From IMG/VR virus record IMGVR_UViG_3300025160_000012, positions 1 through 40,339 of that record: a DNA stretch of 40,339 bases; one strand, given 5' to 3'. A program made the position numbers and the translations under genes. Positions 12,301 through 20,629 of this stretch are shown one piece after another; positions within the stretch are counted from its first letter, which is position 1; each line of letters opens with the position of its first letter. The notes below the pieces were generated by a model that was not told the DNA's origin, ran no database searches, and was given only the letters and a program-made list of their open reading frames with translations. The DNA is from a virus. Its lineage: Duplodnaviria; Caudoviricetes.

Positions 12301-12901
12301 CGGGCGCCGGCGTGCCGTCGACGGCCGCGATCACGACCGTCCCGCTGCCCAGCTCCCACACCCGCAGGCCGTCGATGTCCATCAGCGTCTGCAGCATCCC
12401 GGCCGCCGTGTCGCGCTCGAGCACCGCCGTGGAGGCCGAGCCGAGCGTGAAGGCCGGCACGGTCAACGCGCGGTCGGTGATGCCGACGTAGTCCAGCACG
12501 CCCTCCAGCGCCGCCTCCACTGTGATGCCGTCGACGTCGCGCTCGCTGATCTGGATGGTGCGGAAGGCGGAGAAGAGCTGTCCCGCGCAGGAAAGGACGG
12601 CCCGGTCGAGCGCGTCGATGCTCCGGTCCTGGACGTAGCCGTTGAAGACGCGCTGGAACTCGCCGTCGAAGCCGACGTCGACCTGCACGATGTTGCCCGC
12701 CGCCACCCAGGTGGGGATGAGGTTGAGCGTCAGGTTGCAGACCGGGACGGGCGAGTCGAACGACTTCCGCACGTTCAGCCCCAGCACGACCGGCGTATCG
12801 CTGCTGGCCGCCGGGTTGTTCAGGTGGAACGGCACGCCCTTGACGAAGACGCGGACGTCCAGCGCCCGGGTGCGCGCGAGGACCTTATCAGCTAGTGCCA
12901 C
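9353..12901 (-). CDS. large tail tip protein: baseplate hub-like N-terminus, PKD domain, Asp-box/BNR beta-propeller
   Basis: GDPRLELG hub motif; NPIAAFS...SSYDPDGAIASFAW...VTLTVTDNDG PKD; multiple SxDxGxTW Asp boxes. Confidence 0.85.
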   Translation of the reverse strand: MALADKVLARTRALDVRVFVKGVPFHLNNPAASSDTPVVLGLNVRKSFDSPVPVCNLTLNLIPTWVAAGNIVQVDVGFDGEFQRVFNGYVQDRSIDALDRAVLSCAGQLFSAFRTIQISERDVDGITVEAALEGVLDYVGITDRALTVPAFTLGSASTAVLERDTAAGMLQTLMDIDGLRVWELGSGTVVIAAVDGTPAPAAFRKLTTDTDDHAYVLEGGVREDPTWFRSQVTVTGATITEGTPPDETSRTISASASVADRSLIQPPLPADTQIEAEFQNHLIDTDAKAEEVALRLINAYARVPQQVTLEIAGDPRLELGMTLNLSLPEFKLTGNWLIHGIEQEIGDAGYVTRVTLLGGPRFGGTLSLNPIAAFSYRIEREVFGDRVYAFVTFDAKASSYDPDGAIASFAWSDDEVTTPEIHTLTTAVVTVRIDPASITGDWSVTLTVTDNDGLTGAVTQVIDVDEIATLVRVPAIFAALDNNASATPDGGQNWNDRAGSTCRSVAAKPADGVNSGIAVFGFEDGHIARTTDFCATALTTVLAAVGSAIVKIDWDWRQPNRVWAVTDDARVYVSSNDGVTWALISNLRTELSLASATARSIGLPGGGGIFIWGGTGNGTPLIAYKSESGAFQGLTTGGELAADLPAASSALRIVDASDKGDGGGLVIVMENADGGTSGVRPIYHAVSPWQPATWKRATGLEAGNTTGRYVVPNTLPGTFYAAFNDRHVWASLDGIAWTKRTDVLPAGVTPNHAIWMNDHIFNYPTAGVYLIAAEIAGTTVGIYKSSDALVTVGALRPATGFPAWPASAKGRQVAIADRAPSGDDRLLATGIDVSPREYSLLQGGGWATPVVLTGVTGSGPRPICINSNLWFVINGDDGDNAWGWGVGRRTKDAGATWAATPDPGVGSGGIMDVARDAGGRLWCIVHDTADTFTRTAVYYSDNDGDTWNGPSFTYGNGTTQQRRGWRIAPHPTNQNRIAIIGFTGDAPTTGWIAITTDRGANWTTNTNSAIRKGQSGVQQYYDCVMLANNRLVAQGPFTVVAPVIWYTLRSDDNGVNWATVTSHQATLHRVLGIYAKGSVVAYIFKDSTPTPDTYNLYLSVDSGQTFVDTALDVELESLIADGAIPAAFAFSLVADALYLAITSQDKIYKLSPVGPTGAAWIDLTLNYPHSTTVNDNLAVIPT

Positions 12902-12929
12902 GGCGTCACCGGCTCACTGCCCCACTGCC

Positions 12930-13298
12930 TCACTGCGCCACCGCAGTCCACTCGATGTAGAAGCGCCCGTTGTCGGCCGGCTCGGCGTAGCGAACGAAGA
13001 GCCGCGTGATGACGATGTTGAAGCCGGTCGTGTTCTGCGGGGTCTTGAACAACACGGCCAGCTTGGCGTTGTAGACGGCGAGCAGCTTGTCCTTCGTCGC
13101 CGTCGATGCGCGGTCGCAGACGAAGTCCCACTCCTGCGAGCTGTGGCCGATGTGGGTCAGCACGGAAGGGACGTCGCGCACCAGCACGTCCTGCTTGCTC
13201 CAGCGCTGCGGGCTGAACTCGACGATGGGGCCGCGCGCCGGCACGTCCGTGCGGGGGAAGGTGTAGCCGTCGATGATGAACTCGTATGCGGTCGTCAT
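12930..13298 (-). CDS. distal tail protein (Dit)-like
   Basis: 122 aa directly after the tape measure gene, ATGA overlap. Confidence 0.65.
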   Translation of the reverse strand: MTTAYEFIIDGYTFPRTDVPARGPIVEFSPQRWSKQDVLVRDVPSVLTHIGHSSQEWDFVCDRASTATKDKLLAVYNAKLAVLFKTPQNTTGFNIVITRLFVRYAEPADNGRFYIEWTAVAQ

Positions 13299-16273
13299 GC
13301 CGGCACGAACACCCCCGACCCGGTGAAGCTGCCGCCGAAGCCGGCGTTGCGGAGCGCGCGGTCCGTCTCGCGCGTCACCTCGCGGACGATCGCCTCGCGG
13401 CTCATCTCGGTCTGGACGTGGACGTCGATGTTGAGGGCGCCGCCGGCCGTGCCGCCGATGCCGCCGCCGGCCCCGAGCCGCCCGCCGCTGCCCAGCACGT
13501 CACGCGCCGCCACCAGCGCGGCCGTGAAGTCGCCGAGGGCGCCGATGGCGGCCGCGCGCGCGAACGCCTCAAAGGCGAGCTGGAGGTTGAGGCCGCGCAG
13601 CAGCTCGGACTGTTGGGCCAGTACGCCGATCAGCAGATGGGCCTGTGTGAGCTGCTCGCGGTCGGTGAGGAGGGTGCGGTCGGCGAGGTCGGCGTTCGCC
13701 CGCATGATGTCCTGCTCGGCGCGCCGCAGGTCGAGCGCCCGCCGCAGCGCGTCCAGCTCTCTGTCGATCGCCTCCACGCGCGCCTCGTTGCCCGACTGCT
13801 CGGCAAGCAGCCGCTCGCGGCGCAGCTGCGCGATGCGGAGGTTGGTGCCCGCCTCCTCGCGGGTCGGGCGCGCGAACAGCGCGTCGAACGCCTGCTGGGT
13901 GGCGCGCACCGCCGCGTCCGACAGCCGCTGCAGGAACTGCGCGACCGACTCGGTCGCGTCGCGGAACCCCTCACCGAGCGTGGCGAGGGCGTGGCGGAGC
14001 GTCCCCGCCTGGCCGCTCAGGCCGGCGCGGCCGATCAGCACGTTGAGCGCGGCGAGCTCAGAGCGCGTCTCGAACGTCGTCTGCGCGAACGCCACCTCCG
14101 CCTCCAGCAACAGCCGGGCACCGGCGCGCGTCGTGGTGCCCGCGTCGGCGAACAGGATGAAGAGCTTGGCCAGCTCGACGCGCAGTTCGGCCGTGCGGTT
14201 GACCGCCGCCGCCTCCGCCTCCGCCAGCTCGACCAGCGCCCGCTGCCGGATGTAGGTCGCGCTCGCGAGCCGCTGGCTCGCCTTGTCGAGGTCCACCTGC
14301 GCGCGGAAGGCACGGTTGGCCAGCTCCTCCAGTTCGATCAGCAGCTCGAGGAAGGCGGCCTGGTGAACGGTGATGCCGTGCGCAGTCGCCTCGGCGAGGT
14401 CGATGATGCCATCGGAGAGGATGTCGATCTCCTTCGCCGCCTTGCCGCCGCTCCCCTCCAGCTCGTTGAGCAGCGCATCCAGCCCCTCGATGCCCGTGCT
14501 GGGCAGGCCGCCCTGCGGCGCCCCGCCCTGGCCGAGCGCGGCGCGCAGCTCCTCCGGTGTGCCCGCGCCGCCGCGGCGATGGATCGGGGCGAGCAGCCGT
14601 AGTTGGCGGCTGATGTCGGGCGCCTCCAGGTCGAGCGACAGGCCGCTCAGCGCGGCCACCAGCTCCTGCGCCGCCCTCACGCCGGGGATCTTGCCCGCGC
14701 CGGGAATCCTGCCGATGGCGCCGCCGATCTTGCCCGCGAGGCCGGCGATGCCGGCGGCGATCGCGTTGATCGCGTCGAAGATGCCGCCGACCAGGCCGTC
14801 GAAAATGTTGGCGATGGCGATCGCCGCGCTCTGCACGGGGCCGGGGAGCTGCTTGAACACCGCCTCCCAACGGAAGGCGAGGAAGGTGATCGAAGCGATG
14901 AGGCCAAGCGGGCCCGTGAAGACGGTGACGATGTGGAGCAGCCCGAGCACGACCAGATCGAGCCGGTTGCCCAAGTCGAGCGCGCCGAGGAGCTTGGCCG
15001 CCGCCTCGGCGGCCAGCCCCAGCCCCTGGGCGGCCTTCGAGATGGCGGGGAGCAGCACCGTCCCGACCGTGATGCCCAGCTCATTGAGACGCGCCTTCGC
15101 CCGCGCGATCTGCGCGGACGTCGTGCTCATCCGCTTGTCGAACTCCTCCTGGCGCGCCGTCCCACGCTCCACCTCCGCGTTCGCCTCTTCGAGAATGGCG
15201 CGGAGGCCCTGCGGCCCGCCGACGGCGGACGCCAGTTTGAGGAACTCGCGGGTTAGGCGGACATCGGAGAGGCCGAGGGCGTCGAGCACCCGGATGGCGT
15301 CTTCGCCCGCGGCCTGCAGGCCCTCCACGAACCGCACGAACGCCTCCGTCGGGTCTTCGCGGATCAAGGACTTGAACTCATCGGTCGTCACGCCCAGCAC
15401 GGCGCTGAATACGCGCAGCTCATCGCCGCCCGTCACGGCCGCCTGCTGGAGCGCCAGCAGCACACGCTGCGCCACCGTGCCGCCCGCCTCCGCCTCGGCG
15501 CGCACCGAGGCGAGCGCGGCGGCGATGGCAGCCAAATCCTGAGACGGAATCTTCAGGACGGCGCCGGCGCCGGCAATGTTGGTCAGGAACTTGGTGATCT
15601 CGCCCTCGGTCGTCACGAACTTGTTGCCCAGATCAACCACCACGCTGGTCAGACGATCGATGTCATCGATGGTGAGCTTGAGCACCGCCCGCAGGCCGCC
15701 GAAGTCGAACGCCGCCTGTGATGCCGTCAGGTCGTCCGAGGCGCCGACCAGCTGCAGGATAATCTTCTCAAAGCGCGCGATGTTCTGGACGCCGGTGATG
15801 CCGAGCGACCCGGCGGCCTGCCCCACCTCGTTGACCGTGCTGGTCGTGGTGGCCAGCTCGATCGCGAGCGCGCGGTTCGCCTTCGCCAGCTGGGCGAACT
15901 CCGCCTCCGTCGCCTCGACCGTCTTCTTGATGCCGGCGAACGATTTCTCGAAGGAGATGGCAGCTCGGCCGGAGGCGAACAGGCCCGCAGTGATGCCGAT
16001 GCCCGCGAGGGCGAGTCCACCGAGCGCGACCGTGGCCGCGCCCGTCACGTTCGTGAGGGCGGCGATCTGGGCCGTCGCCGTCGCCGCCTGCGGGTTGATC
16101 AGGCCGAGCGCGGCGGCGCTGCGCGCGGACGCGCGGTTGAAGGCGTCCGCGCCGCGGGTAGCCGCCACCGTCTTCTGCCGGAGGCCCTCCAGACCGCCGC
16201 CGATGCGCTGGATATCGCGCGAGGCGCGATCGAGCGCCTGGATGATGAGCTGGAGCTCGGCTTGACTTGCCAT
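13295..16273 (-). CDS. tail tape measure protein (TP901-like core)
   Basis: 992 aa, Ala/Leu-rich helical; AAISFEKSFAGIKKTV...AEAGGT motifs; follows the chaperone genes. Confidence 0.93.
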   Translation of the reverse strand: MASQAELQLIIQALDRASRDIQRIGGGLEGLRQKTVAATRGADAFNRASARSAAALGLINPQAATATAQIAALTNVTGAATVALGGLALAGIGITAGLFASGRAAISFEKSFAGIKKTVEATEAEFAQLAKANRALAIELATTTSTVNEVGQAAGSLGITGVQNIARFEKIILQLVGASDDLTASQAAFDFGGLRAVLKLTIDDIDRLTSVVVDLGNKFVTTEGEITKFLTNIAGAGAVLKIPSQDLAAIAAALASVRAEAEAGGTVAQRVLLALQQAAVTGGDELRVFSAVLGVTTDEFKSLIREDPTEAFVRFVEGLQAAGEDAIRVLDALGLSDVRLTREFLKLASAVGGPQGLRAILEEANAEVERGTARQEEFDKRMSTTSAQIARAKARLNELGITVGTVLLPAISKAAQGLGLAAEAAAKLLGALDLGNRLDLVVLGLLHIVTVFTGPLGLIASITFLAFRWEAVFKQLPGPVQSAAIAIANIFDGLVGGIFDAINAIAAGIAGLAGKIGGAIGRIPGAGKIPGVRAAQELVAALSGLSLDLEAPDISRQLRLLAPIHRRGGAGTPEELRAALGQGGAPQGGLPSTGIEGLDALLNELEGSGGKAAKEIDILSDGIIDLAEATAHGITVHQAAFLELLIELEELANRAFRAQVDLDKASQRLASATYIRQRALVELAEAEAAAVNRTAELRVELAKLFILFADAGTTTRAGARLLLEAEVAFAQTTFETRSELAALNVLIGRAGLSGQAGTLRHALATLGEGFRDATESVAQFLQRLSDAAVRATQQAFDALFARPTREEAGTNLRIAQLRRERLLAEQSGNEARVEAIDRELDALRRALDLRRAEQDIMRANADLADRTLLTDREQLTQAHLLIGVLAQQSELLRGLNLQLAFEAFARAAAIGALGDFTAALVAARDVLGSGGRLGAGGGIGGTAGGALNIDVHVQTEMSREAIVREVTRETDRALRNAGFGGSFTGSGVFVPA

Positions 16274-16281
16274 GTTATAAT
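16273..16281 (+). promoter_or_regulatory. extended -10 promoter TG-T-TATAAT for the lipoprotein moron
   Basis: tgttataat at 16273-16281, ATG at 16291, no SD (near-leaderless). Confidence 0.65.
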
Positions 16282-16290
16282 GCGCTTCCT

Positions 16291-16662
16291 ATGATCCGCC
16301 TCATCGCCGTGTCGCTCGTCCTCGGTCTATTCGGTCTGGTCGCGCTGGGCTGTATCTCACAGGATGCAGAGGATGCTCGCGTCCAGACGCCTTCAGGAGA
16401 GGTACTTGCCCAGATGTTGAGAAACCGGCTGACGGACGGTTCGTGGTACGAAGCTGTCCAGCTGTGCCGCGACGGAGAGGTCGAGTTTCAGCAGTATCCG
16501 GAGCTGCCCGCCGATTGGGCATTGCTCGCGCCAGCCTGCGCGGCTGTGTACGAACTGCGAATCGCCGGCGCGCTGCGCCTGCTGGCCGAAGTCGCTCCCC
16601 CCAAGCCGAACGCCATCCCCGGCCTTGAGGAGCTCCTGGACGAGCTCGAGGCGACGCCGTGA
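16291..16662 (+). CDS. putative lipoprotein moron (possible superinfection exclusion)
   Basis: MIRLIAVSLVLGLFGLVALG-C21 signal peptide with lipobox; antisense to the tail operon; own promoter. Confidence 0.75.
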   Translation: MIRLIAVSLVLGLFGLVALGCISQDAEDARVQTPSGEVLAQMLRNRLTDGSWYEAVQLCRDGEVEFQQYPELPADWALLAPACAAVYELRIAGALRLLAEVAPPKPNAIPGLEELLDELEATP

Positions 16663-16678
16663 TCATGCGCATCGCGTC

Positions 16679-16912
16679 CTAGCGCCTCGCCCTGTGCCGG
16701 GCAGCGTGGGGCGTTCCACCGCCGCTGGCACCGTCGCCGCCGGCCGCGCCGCCCTTCATCTGCGCCGTCTCGCGCTTGCGCTGACGTACCGACGCCTCGA
16801 TCGCGAGCAGCAGCTCGGCCATCGGCGCATCTACCTCTGCGGGGAGCCGGTGGAGGGTTTCCGCACAGTAGAGGTAGATAACTTCGGCTCCTTCGTGCTC
16901 TCGGAAAAATCC
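16679..16912 (-). CDS. tail assembly chaperone -1 frameshift extension (gpT-like)
   Basis: The -1 frame after slippery G GAT TTT (16912-16906) reads FREHEGAEVIYLYCAETLHRLPAEVDAPMAELL. Confidence 0.75.
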   Translation of the reverse strand, partial: GFFREHEGAEVIYLYCAETLHRLPAEVDAPMAELLLAIEASVRQRKRETAQMKGGAAGGDGASGGGTPHAARHRARR

Positions 16913-17283
16913 TCCGCCGCTCCAACGGTGAGGCCGGAGAGGCGCATGATGGCCGACGCGATGCCGCTCACGATGTCGAGCGCGCCGTCGTTGAGCCGCT
17001 CCAGGTCCTCCAGCGTCAACGGCGGGTCGATCACGCCGAGCAGGCACAGCCGCTTCAACCGGTCCCCGGGGTCGCCCTCCGCGCTCAGCATCGCGACGAA
17101 CGGCGCGCCCTCCTGGACGTTCAGGCCGCGGATGCGGATCGTGCCGCCGCCGCCCTCGGCTGGCAGCTGATAGTCCTCCTCACGCTGCGCGAGGCGTTGA
17201 AAGAGTTCGTCTTTGTTCAGGCGGTGGTCGCGCTGCTCGCGTTGCTTGGTGCCGTTGCGGGCGCCGCCCGCTGTTCGTGCCAT
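16831..17283 (-). CDS. tail assembly chaperone (gpG-like)
   Basis: GGAGGAG SD; LNKDEL...GTIRIRGL...GVIDPPLT pattern; between tail tube and tape measure. Confidence 0.82.
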   Translation of the reverse strand: MARTAGGARNGTKQREQRDHRLNKDELFQRLAQREEDYQLPAEGGGGTIRIRGLNVQEGAPFVAMLSAEGDPGDRLKRLCLLGVIDPPLTLEDLERLNDGALDIVSGIASAIMRLSGLTVGAAEDFSESTKEPKLSTSTVRKPSTGSPQR

Positions 17284-17591
17284 GTCGCGTCTCCTCCCTT
17301 GATGACGATGGCGCTGTGGCGCCGGCCGTCTGCGGTGAACTCAGTCCAGATGTGCCCCTTGAGCCGGAGCTCCTGCGGCCCCATCGTCAGGACGATGTGC
17401 AGCTCCTTCGCGCCGTTCCGGAAAAGCAGCGGGTCGAGCCGGTAGCCGTCCGCTTCGATGCGCCACTCCCGCTTCCAGCCCGCGAAGCGCCAGGAGTAGA
17501 GCAGGCCGGCCTTGCACCCGTAGAGGCGCACCTCCGCGACCGGGCCGTGCATCCTGACGCCGTGGGCCAGTTCGGCAAGGTGGCGCCCCAA
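17217..17591 (-). CDS. hypothetical tail-region protein
   Basis: AGGAGG SD plus TTG; 124 aa. Confidence 0.65.
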   Translation of the reverse strand: MGRHLAELAHGVRMHGPVAEVRLYGCKAGLLYSWRFAGWKREWRIEADGYRLDPLLFRNGAKELHIVLTMGPQELRLKGHIWTEFTADGRRHSAIVIKGGDATWHEQRAAPATAPSNASSATTA

Positions 17592-17618
17592 GTCCAGTTC
17601 CCTCCTGACCCGCCCCGG

Positions 17619-18017
17619 CTACGAGTGCCGGAACGTGACGACGCCGCTCGGGCGGATCGACCAGTTGAGGTTCGACATGTCGTCGAACGGCAGGCCGATC
17701 TCATCCACCGAGACGAAGCCGCGGCCGTAGAAGTAGGAGCCGGCGTTCGCGCTGTCCGGGTACACGTAGAACCAGCCCTCGACCTGCGAGAGCGCGTCGT
17801 CCATCACCGTGAAGACGGCGTTGTCGTACAGCCCGGTGATGCCGATGTTCGCCGTCTTGAACGTCGGTTTGAACGTCCGGTTCGTGTCGAGATGGACCGT
17901 GTCGTCCACGAACTCCGAGCCGAGGTCGAGCGTGATGTTCCTGGTCTCGGCGATCCGCGACGGGGAGGCCGTCGAACCCCAGTAGACCATCGCTCGGGTG
18001 CCAACTATGGTAGCCGT
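17619..18017 (-). CDS. major tail (tube) protein; probable ACG start
   Basis: Beta-rich fold pattern (ITGLYDN...FYVYPD...YFYGRG...WSIRPSG); GAGGTG SD precedes in-frame ACG at 18017, whereas ATG at 17990 has no SD. Confidence 0.8.
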   Translation of the reverse strand, partial: TATIVGTRAMVYWGSTASPSRIAETRNITLDLGSEFVDDTVHLDTNRTFKPTFKTANIGITGLYDNAVFTVMDDALSQVEGWFYVYPDSANAGSYFYGRGFVSVDEIGLPFDDMSNLNWSIRPSGVVTFRHS

Positions 18018-18032
18018 AATACACCTCTCTTT

Positions 18033-19088
18033 CTAAGCCGCGAGCTCAATCAGTTGTCGCGCTCGCGCCTCGACGGTGTGGCCCTGCACAGCTTGGCGCT
18101 GCGCGTCAGCCATCGCCGTCCTGTAGTCGTCGTCACTCAGGCATCCACGGATCACCTCCTCCAGCTCCTGTGGGTTGCGGAAGATCGGCACGCTGTCGCC
18201 GAACACGTCGAGCAGCTCGGCGCGCGGATCGCTCACCTGGAATAGCCCGCAGGCGGCCAGCTCGTATGCTCTCGGCCCGATCGAGTACGCCTCGTTCGGA
18301 TCGATGCGGCCGCCCGTCCGGTAGAACCGCTCCGTCCGGTGCATCGAGATGCCGACGGAGGAACCGCGATAGAGCTGAGCCGTCGTCTGGTTCTCCACCA
18401 GCCGGTGCCGCACGTAGGGATGGAGCGGCGATGCCTCGTCCACCTCCCACCAGTTGCCGTAGAGGCGGAGGTCGATGCCGCTCCAGTCGATCGCCTCCAG
18501 GAACTGGCGCCGGCCGGGAAACCCCGTCCCGATGAACGAGACATGCCGGTGGCCGTTGTCGCGGGCGGCGGCCGCCCGCGCCGGCGCCGCCGGGTAGTGG
18601 ACCGCCGGGTCGTAGCAGTGCGGCAGGTAGTAGGTGCGATCGTTGAACATCCGGTAGCGGGCGACCGACATCTTATCGCTGACGAAGCAGACGTCCATCA
18701 GCGGGGCCTGGACCCGCGCCCAGAACTCGTCTTCGTACGGGCACTCGGTGAAGTAGGACCAGACCTGGAAGCCGTCCTTGCGCAGCATCTGCACGAGCGT
18801 CATCGGGAAGTACATCGGCGAGATGAGGTAGACGACGTCCGCTTCGTAGAGGTGGGCCGCGCCGAACACGGGCTCCGCCGCGAGGATGTTGGCGGCAAAC
18901 GACCGCGGCACCTCCCCCACCTTCTCCTCGAGCCATTCGGTGAAGTGGGTAAAGAGGTTGAAGCGCTTGATGATGTCGTAGGAGAAGACGTTCTCCTCGC
19001 CGAGCACCGCGCGCAGGCCGCGCAGGTGCCCCAGATAGACATCGCGCGTCGCGACGGCATGCGGCGAGGCGACGACGAGGATCTTCAT
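18033..19088 (-). CDS. CgeB-like GT-B glycosyltransferase (Glyco_trans_1_2)
   Basis: YLPHCYDPAVHYP, VSFIGT...R, LYGNWW, RAYELAACGLFQVSDPR, HTVEARARQL motifs. Confidence 0.9.
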   Translation of the reverse strand: MKILVVASPHAVATRDVYLGHLRGLRAVLGEENVFSYDIIKRFNLFTHFTEWLEEKVGEVPRSFAANILAAEPVFGAAHLYEADVVYLISPMYFPMTLVQMLRKDGFQVWSYFTECPYEDEFWARVQAPLMDVCFVSDKMSVARYRMFNDRTYYLPHCYDPAVHYPAAPARAAAARDNGHRHVSFIGTGFPGRRQFLEAIDWSGIDLRLYGNWWEVDEASPLHPYVRHRLVENQTTAQLYRGSSVGISMHRTERFYRTGGRIDPNEAYSIGPRAYELAACGLFQVSDPRAELLDVFGDSVPIFRNPQELEEVIRGCLSDDDYRTAMADAQRQAVQGHTVEARARQLIELAA

Positions 19089-19897
19089 GCTCTCAGCTCC
19101 GGGCAGGACGTCAGGTGCCCTCTGTTCCGCGGCGAACCGCAGCAGGCGAAGAAGCGGGCCAGCGGCTCGGCCGTGCTGATGGCGTGGAAGCCGTCCGGCT
19201 GCATGCCGGCCGATACGTTCGCGATGGCGACGGGCTGATCGCCGTTCGCCGCTGGCGCCGCCGCCTCCAGCGGCTCCTCCGCCACCTTGCGCAGCCGCAC
19301 GCGGAGGAAGGTCTTCATGGGGTCGCGCACGCGGTCCGTCAGCTCCCACGGACGGAGGCCATAGAGCCGGCGCTCGCCGTCGAACTGGCCACCGCGGATG
19401 AAATAATCAAACGTCGCCGGGACGAAGAAGCTGATGTGAGTTGGGTCGGCCATCGCGGCGTCGGACGGGAAGACGGGCACCTCGATCTCCATGTAGCCGC
19501 CCATCTGCAGCACCCGCCAGCACTCGTTCATCAGCTCGACGAGCTTCTCGCGCGGGACGTGCTCCAGGACATGGAACGCCCTCACCTCGACGAAGCGGCC
19601 GTCCTCGAGCGGGATGGGCGGCACCTCGGCGACGACATCGGGGTTGCCGGCGGCCGCGCGGTCGAGGCGCAGGTAGCCCTCCGTCGGGTCCCAGCCGGCA
19701 CCGAGGTTCAGCCGCTCGCCGTCGAGGTCGAGCGGCTCCAGCACCGTGAAGGGCTGGCGCGCGTGGACGACCTCCCGCGTGTCCCATTTGCCGTCGGCGC
19801 TGGCCGTCACGCCGCGCTGAGCCGGCATCCCGCCGTCGGGTGAGAGCTGGTGCTTCGGGTGCTTGCGGATGCTGTCAGGAACGCTAGCCATCGCCAT
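19085..19897 (-). CDS. class I SAM-dependent methyltransferase (Methyltransf_11-like)
   Basis: RLNLGAG, HVLEHV, MNECWRVLQMGG, DPTH motifs typical of glycan-associated methyltransferases. Confidence 0.9.
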   Translation of the reverse strand: MAMASVPDSIRKHPKHQLSPDGGMPAQRGVTASADGKWDTREVVHARQPFTVLEPLDLDGERLNLGAGWDPTEGYLRLDRAAAGNPDVVAEVPPIPLEDGRFVEVRAFHVLEHVPREKLVELMNECWRVLQMGGYMEIEVPVFPSDAAMADPTHISFFVPATFDYFIRGGQFDGERRLYGLRPWELTDRVRDPMKTFLRVRLRKVAEEPLEAAAPAANGDQPVAIANVSAGMQPDGFHAISTAEPLARFFACCGSPRNRGHLTSCPELRA

Positions 19898-20183
19898 CTT
19901 TCCTTCCCTTCGGCGTGGCGCCGGCCGGTGCGGCGGGCGCACGGCCTCCCGCGATGGCGCCGCCCGGGAAGCAGGACCGACACGGCGCAGCGCCTCCGCG
20001 CTCCTTGTGCGCCTCCAGCGCGCCCTCGGCCGTGTCGATCGGGATGATGTGCGCGCCCTCGAGGCGCCAGTCGTCGGCGTCCATCCGGTGGAAGTCGCCG
20101 TAGGTCGTGGCATCCTTCACGACGACCGCGACCTGATAGCCCGCCTCGATCCATTCCTGCTTCGTCGCCGGCCACTTGGCCAT
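19884..20183 (-). CDS. hypothetical protein with C-terminal CxxC
   Basis: GGAGG SD plus ATG; 99 aa. Confidence 0.7.
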   Translation of the reverse strand: MAKWPATKQEWIEAGYQVAVVVKDATTYGDFHRMDADDWRLEGAHIIPIDTAEGALEAHKERGGAAPCRSCFPGGAIAGGRAPAAPAGATPKGRKDGDG

Positions 20184-20215
20184 TGTTCGCCTCCCGGCGG
20201 CCTAACCGCCTATGC

Positions 20216-20620
20216 CTACGCCGTCACCGTGCATCTGAACGAGACCTCGCCCTGCATGCTCCCGTCCTCGGTCGTGCCGATCGCGCCTGTCTCCCGCCAC
20301 TGCGTCTCTTGGACCTTGCCGCCGAGCGTGCGGTCGCCGGCGACGGCGGCGACGATGCTTTTGGCGCCCGTGGGCCAGAGGTAGGCGTCGATCGCCTCCT
20401 GGGCGTCTTTGAGGTCGCCGCGCGACACGCGCACCACGACGCGCACGCCCACCGCGACGAGCGTGCCGTGTCCGGCCGGTGCGACGAGCGGTTCGCCGTA
20501 GAGCACGATCGCGACGTCCTTGTCCGGGACCGTCTTCGGCATCGTGTCGTGCGCGACCAACCCGCTGATCGTCGCCAGCCGCGTCTTCATCCCGTCCCTG
20601 ATCTCTATCCAGGTGCCCAT
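20216..20620 (-). CDS. tail terminator/completion protein
   Basis: IRDGMKTRLATISGL...AQEAIDAYL...SIVAAVAGDRTLGG; position in the connector block. Confidence 0.8.
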   Translation of the reverse strand: MGTWIEIRDGMKTRLATISGLVAHDTMPKTVPDKDVAIVLYGEPLVAPAGHGTLVAVGVRVVVRVSRGDLKDAQEAIDAYLWPTGAKSIVAAVAGDRTLGGKVQETQWRETGAIGTTEDGSMQGEVSFRCTVTA

Positions 20621-20629
20621 GCCAGCGCC

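Noticed and set aside
12915-12936. Three GCAGTG direct repeats at the Dit/tail-tip junction
   Set aside because: Too short to support a function.
16262-16267. TTGACT as the -35 for the lipoprotein promoter
   Set aside because: Only 8 bp from TATAAT; the extended -10 explains the promoter.
18033-18035. Genome-wide TAG stop-codon reassignment
   Set aside because: Several genes end at TAG at sensible domain ends, conserved genes are not interrupted by TAG, and no suppressor tRNA is seen.
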